Positions 32,213 to 41,600 are shown, counted from the stretch's first letter. The stretch is DNA of 51,957 nucleotides from an uncultured Sphingomonadales bacterium (GCA_937884085.1 CAKZYD010000408.1:1-51957), one strand, 5' to 3'. Notes: generated by a model from the letters alone, not told the origin. A program made the numbers and translations.

Positions 32213-32465
32213 GGCGCGCTCCTCTCACCTGACCTTGTGTGGTTTAGAATAGTCCTAGTTGACTGACATGAGGACTACTGAAACTAAGGGGCTGATAGGC
32301 AGGAGATGTCGTCGTCCCACGGCTTGACCGGGGGACCCATTTGGCCGCTGGGCTCCCACTTTCCGAACAAATCCACCCAGTCTTACCATGGATTGCCCGA
32401 TCCCCCGCCTCCGCGAGGGCAGGCAAGTCGGGCAATGACGATGGTTGAAACATTTGGAGGCTCAA

Positions 32466-32846
32466 TTAGGACGACTGCCCGCCTTGCATTTGGGCCATGA
32501 ACTGGCCCAGGTCGAAATAATCCCGCCAGGCTGAAATTTTCCCATCTTCCACTTCAAACGTCCCCATCACAGCGATTTCCAAGAGTTGTCCAGATGCAAA
32601 GGCGAAACAATCGACCCGCTCGGTTAGAACCACATTGCCGTTTTCGGCAATGTTGGTGATTTTCCAGTCGACACCTTTGATTTCACCCATGCTTTCGATA
32701 ACGCCGCGGACGCCATCGGGCCCAGTGACGGGTTGCATTGGGATGTTGTGATAGACGCAGTCCTGGGTGACCATCTCCGTCACACGGCCCCAGGCCATGC
32801 GGTTCCAGGCGTCGATGAACATTTCAACAGTTTCGCGGGGTGTCAT
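32466..32846 (-). CDS. Limonene-1,2-epoxide hydrolase family (SnoaL/NTF2-fold) protein
   Basis: 126 aa. The VYHNIP, LTERVD and WRDYFDL motifs match the Tyr/Asn and Asp-Arg-Asp catalytic positions of the LEH family. Confidence 0.8.
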   Translation of the reverse strand: MTPRETVEMFIDAWNRMAWGRVTEMVTQDCVYHNIPMQPVTGPDGVRGVIESMGEIKGVDWKITNIAENGNVVLTERVDCFAFASGQLLEIAVMGTFEVEDGKISAWRDYFDLGQFMAQMQGGQSS

Positions 32847-32861
32847 AAGGGCCTCCTCGAT

Positions 32862-33602
32862 TTACGGGTGACTGGTTGCGCCGCCGTCGATGAGGATGCC
32901 CTCACCCGTCAAAAAGCGCGCTTCTTCGCTGGCGAGAAAGCTAATTAGCGGCGTCACATCTTCAGGCTCGCCGATCCGGCCAATGGCGGCCCGGTCAATC
33001 CAATAGTCCTCGAAACCAGGCTCATTTGCAAATGTGGGCTTGGTGATCCCCGTCCGGATGGCGCCGGGCTGGATGTAATTGACGGTGATGCCATCAGGGC
33101 CAAGCTCATTGGCTAGGGACTTTGTGAGACCGGCCACAGCGTGTTTCGACGTTGAATACGCCGCCATACCTGCCGCTCCGAAATCGGACATGATAGACCC
33201 GACATTGATAATGCGCCCAGCGGCCGATTTCTTAAGTGCGGGAATGGCTGCGCGAGACAAGTTGAAACAGGCGTCGGCGTTGATGGTCATCGTCTTGCGC
33301 CAAAGATCGTCAGAATGGGTTTCAACTGGGGAGGGAACGCAGATGCCAGCGTTATTCACCAGGATGTCTATCTGCCCAAAGGCCTCCAGGGCCTTGCCAA
33401 CGATATTTGCAGCAGCGTCAGGTTCACTCACATCTTGGGCCAGTGTTAGGATGCCGTCTGCGGCTTCAAATGGCGATAAATCGACGGCCAAAACTTTGGC
33501 GCCATCCGCTGCAAATTGAGCGGCTGCCGCGTACCCAATGCCACTGGCGGCGCCCGTGACGATGGCCACTTTGCCAGTCATATCGCGTTTGGTTTCACTC
33601 AT
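32862..33602 (-). CDS. Short-chain dehydrogenase/reductase (classical SDR)
   Basis: TGAASGIG, NNAGI and YSTSK motifs. 246 aa. Confidence 0.9.
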   Translation of the reverse strand: MSETKRDMTGKVAIVTGAASGIGYAAAAQFAADGAKVLAVDLSPFEAADGILTLAQDVSEPDAAANIVGKALEAFGQIDILVNNAGICVPSPVETHSDDLWRKTMTINADACFNLSRAAIPALKKSAAGRIINVGSIMSDFGAAGMAAYSTSKHAVAGLTKSLANELGPDGITVNYIQPGAIRTGITKPTFANEPGFEDYWIDRAAIGRIGEPEDVTPLISFLASEEARFLTGEGILIDGGATSHP

Positions 33603-34402
33603 TGGTCTCTCCCCTCAGCCCATGTGCGTGCTGCATCGCTTAGCAGCCAGGTTGTCATATTGGTCAAAAGCTGCGTCACCGCGCTATTGCCATAAGCGCT
33701 GGGTCCATCGCCCATTTGCAGATAACCAATTGGCGCTGCTTTATAGCTGTTCAGCCAGGCCAGGAGATTGCTCCCGGGCGGATGCGGCCAATCCTCTCGA
33801 GAGAACATGGCGCCATTCACGGCGTTGGACGCTGAATAAAAATGCTCCCGGTCAAAGCTATAGTCTGACCAAGCAAGCGGCAGGATATCGTCTTCGAATA
33901 TCTCAGCTAGGTAGAGCTCATCGGTCACTTCAAAGGGCTGCAGCCCGCCGCAAATCTCATGGTCTGCCAGCGTAACTGTGTAAGTGGCTTCATGGCGGTA
34001 ACCGCTATCGAGTTTCTGCTCGCCGCGGACAACGCCTGGCCTATAGAGAAAGCGTCCACCAACGACCTCGCCATAGGTCTCCCAGGTCGGCCATCCAGCC
34101 AAAGCGTGATGCAGGAAGAGGCACGGTCCACCTGCCTCCAAACGCGTCAAGACGGCCGCTTTGAAAGCCTCTGACGGCTCAATGAATTCGACGCCATTGG
34201 GCGGTCCGAAGGCATAGCCGGGCATGTCATAGAAAAGCCAGAGGTCATAGTCTGCGCCCAGGCCCGCCCCGATAAAGGCCTCTGCAGCTGGATGCTCCAC
34301 ATGGGTGACATCCAGGGCTTCAACACCGTCAATCCAGTCGAAGAAAGGGCCCTTTTCAAACGGGTGGCCCTTGGTGACCAGTAGCGTGCGAATTTTGCTC
34401 AC
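33599..34402 (-). CDS. ThuA-like (class I glutamine-amidotransferase-fold) protein
   Basis: 267 aa. KIRTLLVTKGHPFE..., LFYDMPG and FLHHALAGWP resemble the ThuA/trehalose-utilisation domain. It has 4-nt overlaps with both neighbours. Confidence 0.6.
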   Translation of the reverse strand: MSKIRTLLVTKGHPFEKGPFFDWIDGVEALDVTHVEHPAAEAFIGAGLGADYDLWLFYDMPGYAFGPPNGVEFIEPSEAFKAAVLTRLEAGGPCLFLHHALAGWPTWETYGEVVGGRFLYRPGVVRGEQKLDSGYRHEATYTVTLADHEICGGLQPFEVTDELYLAEIFEDDILPLAWSDYSFDREHFYSASNAVNGAMFSREDWPHPPGSNLLAWLNSYKAAPIGYLQMGDGPSAYGNSAVTQLLTNMTTWLLSDAARTWAEGRDQ

Positions 34403-35439
34403 ACACTTTCCGGCGCGATTTGCAAAATCAGTTTGCCATTGTGGTCGCCGCTGAACAGCCGGTTGAAGCTGGTGAGGAAGTTCTCAATGCCTTCATCCAC
34501 ATGTTCTTGGAAAACCAGCTTATCTTCGGCAATCCACTGCGCCATCTGGCCGATGCCTTCGGGAAATTTGTCCAGAAAATCCCTGATCAGAAAGCCCTCC
34601 ATGCGAGCCGTTTTAGCGATCAGCTGCCACACATTGGTCGGGCCAGGCACCGGTTCTGTCGCATTGTACTGGCTAATCATGCCGCACAGTGGGAGGCGCG
34701 CATTGTCATTGATGTTAGCCAAGGCCGCAGCCAGAACGTCGCCCCCGACAGTGTCAAAATAGACATCGACCCCGTCTGGGCAGGCAGCTTTGATATCTGC
34801 AGCAAGGGTTGGAACATCTTTTCCGCGATAGTCCACTGCGGTGTCAAAGCCATAGACATCGGTAAGCCGCTTGCACTTCTCAGGACCGCCCGCAATACCC
34901 ACGGCACGGCAGCCTTGCAGCTTCGCAATTTGCCCAACCAGTGAGCCTACAGCACCTGCCGCACCGGAAACCAGGACGGTCTCACCGGCCTTAGGCTTGC
35001 CCACTTCGAGGAGGCCGAAATAGGCCGTTAGACCCACCGCGCCGAGAATGCTGAGATAGTTGGTGAGTGAGCGCACGAAGCTTGGGTCGACTTTGCTCGT
35101 AAACCCAACTGCATCGGCAACGGCATAGTGCTCCACTCCCGTGAGGGCGACCACGTAGTCGCCGGGCTGATAGTCTGGGTGGTTGGAGGCGGCGACTTGG
35201 CCCACCGTGGTGGCCCGAATAGACTCGCCCAATTCAATTGGCGGAAAATAGCTTTCTGCATCATCCATCCAGCCGCGCTGGGCTGGATCAAGCGAGCAAT
35301 AGATATTGCGGATTAAGATCTGCTCTCTGCCTGGCTCAGGGAGCGGCTCCGTCACCCATGCAAAGTCATCTGCCTTTGGAATACCGGCAGGGCGCTGCTT
35401 TAAAAGGACTCTGGTATTTTCCATCGGCTGTCTCCTCAA
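34399..35439 (-). CDS. NADP-dependent oxidoreductase, zinc-independent MDR (PTGR1/YncB-like alkenal/enone double-bond reductase)
   Basis: GETVLVSGAAGAVGSLVGQIAKLQGCRAVGIAG is the cofactor motif typical of the LTB4-dehydrogenase/ene-reductase subfamily. No Zn ligands are present. Confidence 0.85.
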   Translation of the reverse strand: MRRQPMENTRVLLKQRPAGIPKADDFAWVTEPLPEPGREQILIRNIYCSLDPAQRGWMDDAESYFPPIELGESIRATTVGQVAASNHPDYQPGDYVVALTGVEHYAVADAVGFTSKVDPSFVRSLTNYLSILGAVGLTAYFGLLEVGKPKAGETVLVSGAAGAVGSLVGQIAKLQGCRAVGIAGGPEKCKRLTDVYGFDTAVDYRGKDVPTLAADIKAACPDGVDVYFDTVGGDVLAAALANINDNARLPLCGMISQYNATEPVPGPTNVWQLIAKTARMEGFLIRDFLDKFPEGIGQMAQWIAEDKLVFQEHVDEGIENFLTSFNRLFSGDHNGKLILQIAPESV

Positions 35440-36221
35440 TCTACACCGCGCCCGCCGTCGACGACGAAGGCGGAGCCAGTGATGTAGCCGCTGGCCTCAC
35501 TGGCGAGGAACAAGGCGGCGTTTGCAATATCGATGGCTTCCCCAACCGTCTGCAGCGCATTGCCATCCATGGCAAAGGCTTTGACCTCCGGAGAGTCGCC
35601 ATATTCCTTAGTAATCATCTCCGTCCAGATGACGCCGGGATTGATCGAATTGACCCGGACCGGCGGGTCATAGGTCGCGCCTTCGCTGGCAGCCACCTTA
35701 GCAAGCTGCGTCACAGCCGCTTTGGAGGCGCAGTAGGCCGTGCAATCATCCAGCCCAATGAGCCCGGCAAGCGATGACATCACCATGATGCTGCCAGCTG
35801 TTTTCATCTTCTTCATGTGCGCGAGCGTGTATTTAACGCCTAGGAAAGTGGCGTCCACATTCACCTTCCAAAGCCAATTGAAATCCTCAACACTGGTCTC
35901 AGTCAGCGGCTTTGAGAAGAAAGCACCAGCGTTGTGAACGGCAATATCCAAAACGCCAGTCTTGTTCTCAATAAAGGCGAATAGCTCCGCCCAATTCTCT
36001 TCGCTGGTGATATCCTGCTGGAAGAAAAAGCCTTTGCCGCCCGCGCTTTCAATGCGCTCAACGGTCTTCGCGCCCTCGTCTTCATTGCGGCCTGTGGCAA
36101 TCACCACCGCACCTTCCTCAGCAAACAAGCAAGCGATTTCTCGGCCAATCCCGGAGGTTGCGCCCGTGACGAGTGCGATGCGGCCTTCAAGGGTCATTGG
36201 ATTGCTCATATATCGCTCCAT
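35436..36221 (-). CDS. Short-chain dehydrogenase/reductase
   Basis: TGATSGIG, HNAG and YCASK motifs. 261 aa. Confidence 0.9.
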   Translation of the reverse strand: MERYMSNPMTLEGRIALVTGATSGIGREIACLFAEEGAVVIATGRNEDEGAKTVERIESAGGKGFFFQQDITSEENWAELFAFIENKTGVLDIAVHNAGAFFSKPLTETSVEDFNWLWKVNVDATFLGVKYTLAHMKKMKTAGSIMVMSSLAGLIGLDDCTAYCASKAAVTQLAKVAASEGATYDPPVRVNSINPGVIWTEMITKEYGDSPEVKAFAMDGNALQTVGEAIDIANAALFLASEASGYITGSAFVVDGGRGVD

Positions 36222-36967
36222 CCGCCATCGACGGGCACAGTATAGCCGGTCATGAATTTCGACCGCTCAGAGGCCAGAAAGGCTGCCGCTTCAGCAATAT
36301 CGTTTTTCTCGCCATAGCGTTTAAGCGGTATCAACTGCAGCATTCGATGGTCGCGCTCTTCCCAGGGGGTCGGGTCAACGCCTTCTGTCATGGGGGTTCG
36401 GATTGGGCCAGGCGCGATGGCATTGACGCGAATGAAATCGCCTTTCCGCCCCATCTCAACTGCCAGCGCCTTCGTCAAATTTCCAAGGGCGGCTTTAGAC
36501 GGGCCATAGGCCGTATAAATGGGAAATGTTTTCTTCACGGCCACAGACGTGATGTTGATGATGGAGGCTTGGGCCGGCTGCCCGCCCGCCGCCGCGCGAA
36601 CTCTTTCAATGAACGCTTTGGTGCCAGCAAAAGGCCCCAGCAGATTGACCGCGCAGCTTTTTCTAAACTGCTCCAGGGACATGTCTGGAATAGTCGTCAT
36701 GTCGGCAATGCCGGCATTATTCACCAGGATATCGCAAATACCCTCCTGAAAGGCAGCGCCAAATACAGCGTCCCAGTCTTGCGTTTTCGTCACATCATGA
36801 TGCAAGGCCTCGAAGGCGCCGCCCGCCAGCGCCTTTGTCTCGGCCTGTCCGTCTTCATTGACATCTGTGCCGATGACCGTGGCACCATAGGCCGCCAGGC
36901 GCACACTGATGGATTGGCCAAGGCCCGAGCCAGCGCCAGTGACGATAGCTTTCTTTCCTTCTAGCAA
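36206..36967 (-). CDS. Short-chain dehydrogenase/reductase
   Basis: TGAGSGLG, NNAGI and YGPSK motifs. 253 aa. It overlaps the downstream SDR by 16 nt. Confidence 0.9.
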   Translation of the reverse strand: MLEGKKAIVTGAGSGLGQSISVRLAAYGATVIGTDVNEDGQAETKALAGGAFEALHHDVTKTQDWDAVFGAAFQEGICDILVNNAGIADMTTIPDMSLEQFRKSCAVNLLGPFAGTKAFIERVRAAAGGQPAQASIINITSVAVKKTFPIYTAYGPSKAALGNLTKALAVEMGRKGDFIRVNAIAPGPIRTPMTEGVDPTPWEERDHRMLQLIPLKRYGEKNDIAEAAAFLASERSKFMTGYTVPVDGGWSDI

Positions 36968-36988
36968 ATCAACTGCTCCCCAAATGCT

Positions 36989-37303
36989 TTATTCATCCAA
37001 GACAATGAAAACGTCATCGCCGTCGACTGCCACTTTGTAGGTGTTTATATTTGTAACAGCGGGCGACGCGACCAATGCACCAGTTTTGAGATCGAACCGC
37101 GCGCCATGATGTGGGCACATCAAAGTCTCGCCGCGCACTCTTGCGCCCTTTAAAGATTTAAAAGCGTGTGGACACACAGCCTCAAAGGCATAGACATCAT
37201 CGCCGACCCGGCAAAGCGCGACAGACAGCGCGCCTTCTTCACAAATGACAGCCCGTTTTTGCGGAAGGGCAGCAAATTGTGAGACTTTGATCCGATCTAC
37301 CAA
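36989..37303 (-). CDS. Stand-alone Rieske [2Fe-2S] ferredoxin
   Basis: CPH...(17)...CPHHG Rieske ligand motif. The start is uncertain. TTG at 37303 gives about 104 aa. The track ORF begins at a TTG (37393) inside a 17-bp perfect palindrome. Confidence 0.75.
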   Translation of the reverse strand: MVDRIKVSQFAALPQKRAVICEEGALSVALCRVGDDVYAFEAVCPHAFKSLKGARVRGETLMCPHHGARFDLKTGALVASPAVTNINTYKVAVDGDDVFIVLDE

Positions 37304-37356
37304 CTGCCGCCCCAGATGTAAGAACGAATCAAAACTTGAGAATAAGGCTGCGAAAG

Positions 37357-37396
37357 ACTGCAAAATATCAGCATTTCTGATTTTGCAGTGCAAAAT
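37357..37396. promoter_or_regulatory. Operator-like array of three TGCAAAAT half-sites
   Basis: ACTGCAAAAT-N13-ATTTTGCAGT has 10-bp perfect arms. It overlaps ATTTTGCA-g-TGCAAAAT, a 17-bp perfect palindrome at 37380-37396. Confidence 0.45.
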
Positions 37397-37597
37397 AAAT
37401 TCTTTCGGATGATCACAAACAGGAAGCCTTTTCTATAAGACCTTAGGATGCAAAAAACGCACGTGTTCAACGGGAAATGAAAACAAGATCTTTTATTGCA
37501 GGTCTCAACGTCCTGTCTTCTCTCACATCGTGGATATGTTGCGCCGCACAAAACATACATGCGGGTTTGTTTTTATCTGAAAGTCATGTTAGCCACA

Positions 37598-37613
37598 CTG
37601 GTGAATTCACTAG
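37598..37613. promoter_or_regulatory. Palindrome CTGGTGAATTCACTAG upstream of the luxR-type gene
   Basis: The core GTGAATTCAC (37601-37610) is a perfect 10-bp palindrome, and 14 of 16 positions are symmetric. It lies about 140 bp upstream of the ATG at 37749. Confidence 0.35.
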
Positions 37614-37748
37614 CCAATATTTTCTAGAGGGCAACGAGGCCCAGCGTAACCTGGTTGGCTGAATTCTTCTGAGCGGTGTGACGCCACCCACTTTGAGGAC
37701 TTAAAAACGCGACACACCTCCGGTCGACACAATCCGATGGGGAGATAA

Positions 37749-38516
37749 ATGGGAATCGTTGCCGATCATTTTGAATTTGTCATCAACAGCGTGGATGACA
37801 TCCTACCAGCAGCCATAAAAATGCGGGATATGGCCGAAGCCATTGGCGGCTACCGCGCCGCCGCCTGCGACAACATCGCGTCTAAAATCCCAATGAAAGA
37901 TCACGACGGCAATGTTTTAGCCGAGACGATCTTCGGTTGGACTGAAGAATCAGAGCAATGGTGGAAAAATTCCCGCCTTGCCCTTACCAGCCCAGTCCCG
38001 AGAGCTTGCCGCTATGAGAATGAGCCCTTTTGGTGCAACATAGACGGCTTTTATACGCGCCAGCCCAATCCATTTTTGGACGAGATTGATCTGGCCGATT
38101 TTGAAAAACGCTCCGGCATTCGTTCTGCCATCATTGTGCCAGTGCATTTACCATTAGGGCAGATTGGCGCCGTCTCTCTGGCACCGCGCGACAACCGCGA
38201 AGACCTTGCCGACGACTTCCAGATGCACGCCAATGACCTCCAAGTCTTGGCGCACCGTTTCATCACCGGCTATGTCAAAGTCACCCGCGGACGTTCACTG
38301 GTACCATCCGACTGCCAGCTGACCAAACGCGAAGTCGAATGCCTGCGCTGGGCAGCGGTCGGCAAAACCGACAGAGAGATCTCCAAGATCCTCTCCCGCA
38401 GCCACGCCACCATCCGCTTCCACATCAAATATGCAGGCGAAAAGCTCAACACAGTGAACCGCTCGCAAACCATTTTTAAAGCAGCGCAGCTGGGATACCT
38501 TGGCACTGCTGCCTAG
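37749..38516 (+). CDS. LuxR-family transcriptional regulator (autoinducer-binding-like N-domain plus GerE HTH), no cognate luxI in window
   Basis: C-terminal HTH LTKREVECLRWAAVGKTDREISKILSRSHATIRFHI. The N-domain has IIVPVHLPLGQIGAVSLA and PFW motifs typical of the LuxR ligand-binding fold. Confidence 0.85.
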   Translation: MGIVADHFEFVINSVDDILPAAIKMRDMAEAIGGYRAAACDNIASKIPMKDHDGNVLAETIFGWTEESEQWWKNSRLALTSPVPRACRYENEPFWCNIDGFYTRQPNPFLDEIDLADFEKRSGIRSAIIVPVHLPLGQIGAVSLAPRDNREDLADDFQMHANDLQVLAHRFITGYVKVTRGRSLVPSDCQLTKREVECLRWAAVGKTDREISKILSRSHATIRFHIKYAGEKLNTVNRSQTIFKAAQLGYLGTAA

Positions 38517-38539
38517 GGCTTAGCCCAACGAAAAACAGA

Positions 38540-38571
38540 CCCCGCCTAGGAAGTTCTGGGCGGGGTTTTTT
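38540..38571 (+). terminator. Rho-independent terminator after the luxR-type gene
   Basis: CCCCGCC-loop-GGCGGGG followed by TTTTTT. Confidence 0.8.
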
Positions 38572-38624
38572 AATGCGAAAACCCTTTGGCAGCAGTGACA
38601 CCTTGCACTGAGAGGGAAGCCAAC

Positions 38625-38648
38625 AAAAAAGGGCCGCCAAAGCGACCC
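38625..38648 (-). terminator. Rho-independent terminator after the TonB-dependent receptor gene
   Basis: The minus strand reads GGGUCGC-UUUG-GCGGCCC followed by UUUUUU, 29 nt past the TAA stop. Confidence 0.75.
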
Positions 38649-38676
38649 TCTTCTGATTGTGTTGGTACTATACCGC

Positions 38677-41600
38677 TTAGAAAATGTTTGCGGTGACGCC
38701 GAGGAAGAACTGGCGCCCGATGGGGCTGACTGGGTAAGCCTGCTCTGTAATATACGGCTTGCGGTCAGCTAGGTTATTTACGCCCCCGTAAACGGTGAAC
38801 ATATCATTTACCCGGTAGCTGGCATTGATGTCATGAATGTGGGCTGGCCCAGCAAATGCAGATGGGCCGAACTGCTCAAGACCAACCTCAATCTCAACAT
38901 CACGCAGGCCAGTCTGACCAATGTAGGTCATGCCATAACCAACCAACAGATCGCCATACTCGGCAGTGATGTTAACACCGCCTGACCATTGTGGGCGCTG
39001 AATTTCGCCCAACTCTGGGTCAAAAATGGATGGATCTTGCGGATCAAAGAACTGGTCCAATTCACTTACGTATGACCAGAAGGTTGAAACATTGAAGTCG
39101 ATTTCGCTTACAGCAAACTGATAATTCGCTGTTACATCGACACCTGAGGTCTTCAGGGCACCGAAGTTCAACTGAGACTGACGCAAGAAGTTGAACGTCA
39201 GGAACAAGGATGAGCTCGGATCTCTATTGCGCGAAAACTGCGTACAGAACTGATTGTCCAGGCTTTCACTATCGTAGCAGTTTTCAACAATATCGCGATC
39301 ACTAATCGCCGCAATAGCGTTTTGGATTTCGATATTGAAGTAATCCACTGTGAGGGTGAACCCGTTAAACCACGTCGGTTGGAAGACAGCACCAATCGTA
39401 TAGGTCTTGGCTGTTTCTTCGGTCAGATCAGGATTACCCCCTTCAACACCGACAAAACGACCTGTTGCAGGGTTGATAAAGCCTGCTGGAATTCCATCCG
39501 CTTGGCAGTTCGCTGCACGGCGAGCGCCGGCCGCGGCATCAGAGGCAGTTAGAGTATCAATTGACGCTTGCTCACACGGGTCAAACCTGTCCGTTTCGAA
39601 CGTTGTGCCAACCTCCGGTGAGAAAAGCTCAAAGATGTTGGGGGCACGTACGGCTTTTGCGTAGCTCGCTCTGAATCGCAAGGATTCGATCGGCTGCCAG
39701 TTAAGGTTTGCTGACCAGGTAAACGCACCGCCGATTGTTGAATAATCCGAATACCTTACCGCACCACCGATAGAAAGTTCTTCAGCGAATGCAGCGCCGG
39801 ATATTAAGGGAATACTCACTTCGGCAAAGACATCCCATACGTCGTAGCTGCCTGTCACGTTGTCTTGTAAGACAGTACCATCGATGGGAATGCTATTGGT
39901 GACCCACCCATCAATGGGCACGTCACGAATGAGGCTCCCAGCGGGGACCACTAAGTCTGCCCCACCCTCGCCAGCGCCAGGAATAATACCGTCCTGCGGC
40001 AGGATGCCGAGCGTTAACGGATCGAAGTCGCTCTGGCTACTCTCGTCGCGATATTCTAAGCCGAAAGCGAAGCCAATAGCGCCAGCTGGTAGCTCAAAAT
40101 AGTCGCCAGTATCACCGGTGAGCAGCGCGCGGAATGTGAGTTGTTCCAGCTCAAATGTATTGAACGTGTCAGTAAGAATGAAGTTACGCGCCGCGTCAGA
40201 CACACCGTTCGGACCAGCCAAAATATTGAGTGGTTGACACTGACCATCACCAGGGGTGAATGTGTAATAACCAAAGTTATACTGCGGGAACGGTGAAGTG
40301 GGCGAAACAGTGCTCGGATCGAGGTCAGAACGACAGACTGGCTCGCCAGTTTCTGGATCGGAGACAACATCAAGAGCGGCAAAATAGCGATCACCCAGAG
40401 GATCATTTGCCTGCGTCCTAACCTGCTCAAATTGACCGTAGTTACCAGACAGCTCTAAATCCCAACCGTTATCAAACTCCCAATCGAGACCTGCAATAAA
40501 ACGGATGGTCTCACGTTCGTTTTTCTCATCGCGAGGCGCCATATCGATATGGTCTTTGAAGACCGTCAACCCATCAGCACCGGCGGCGCCAAACTCCTCT
40601 GGAATAAAGGGATTATCTGGCGCTATCGTAAGTTCATCGTGGAAGATACTATAAGGTGACCCAAAAAGAACGCGGTTACGAACATATTTACCCTCTGCAA
40701 AGCCTGTGATGCTGTCGGTAAAGTCATATTTTACGTTCACTTGAACGCCGTATTCCGTTCGATCTGGTATCAGGTACTCATCATCGAAGAACGTAGAAAT
40801 ACCGTCACCGCCAGATTGCTCAACGAGGCTCTGAGTTACTTCTCCATCTTGATATGGCCTCACTGACCCATCGTCGTTGACAACCCAACACCCAACGGGG
40901 CTAACAACGGTTTGGTCGCAGTCGTTGATACCGTTTCCATCTAAGTCCAAGTCGGCCCCAGAATTCAAACCAATGACGCCGCGTTCGGAACTGATTGCAA
41001 ATGTTACATCTGGGCGGAAAGCAAGCTGCGGCGCAGATGCAGCGCGGTCAATTAGTGCCCGCTCACTGGCTGTTAGGGAAGGCGCAGCGGTCCCGAATTC
41101 ATCTTCGAAGGCTGCATTGTAGGCAGCAACACTTGTTGGTATCGTATCGCCGCGTGCGAAAAGCTGTGCAAAGCCCGGAGTACTGCTCGCGGATATCTCA
41201 TTGGCTTGAAACACGAAATCAGGATTGGAAATAGACCGGCTAATGCCGCCGCTACGTGAAAAGTCTCGATCGCGTCCACGGATGTCGTTTTGACGGCCAT
41301 AATAAGCATTAACAAAGATGTTGCCTCGGTCGCCCGCAAAGTTTGTACCGTACAGGACATTAATGCGATATTCTTCGCCGTCGCCTTGGTCAGAAATGCT
41401 CCCTCGGACGTCCATTTCCAGACCTTCATACTCATCCTTCAACAGAAAGTTCACAACACCGGTAACGGCATCGGCGCCATATAGAGAAGAGGCCCCGCCT
41501 GTCAGCACTTCTACGTTTTCAATAAGCCCTTGTGGGATCGACCCAATATCAACCGACTGCTGGCTATCGAGACCGCTGACATGGCGTCTGCCATCGACCA

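Noticed and set aside
36173-36964. 263-aa ORF on the plus strand
   Set aside because: It is antisense to a clear SDR gene (TGxxxGxG/NNAG/YxxxK on the minus strand) and has no recognisable motifs.
37297-37662. 87-aa minus-strand and 61-aa plus-strand ORFs in the Rieske/luxR intergenic region
   Set aside because: They have no SD or start context and no similarity to anything I recognise. The region is AT-richer promoter/operator DNA.
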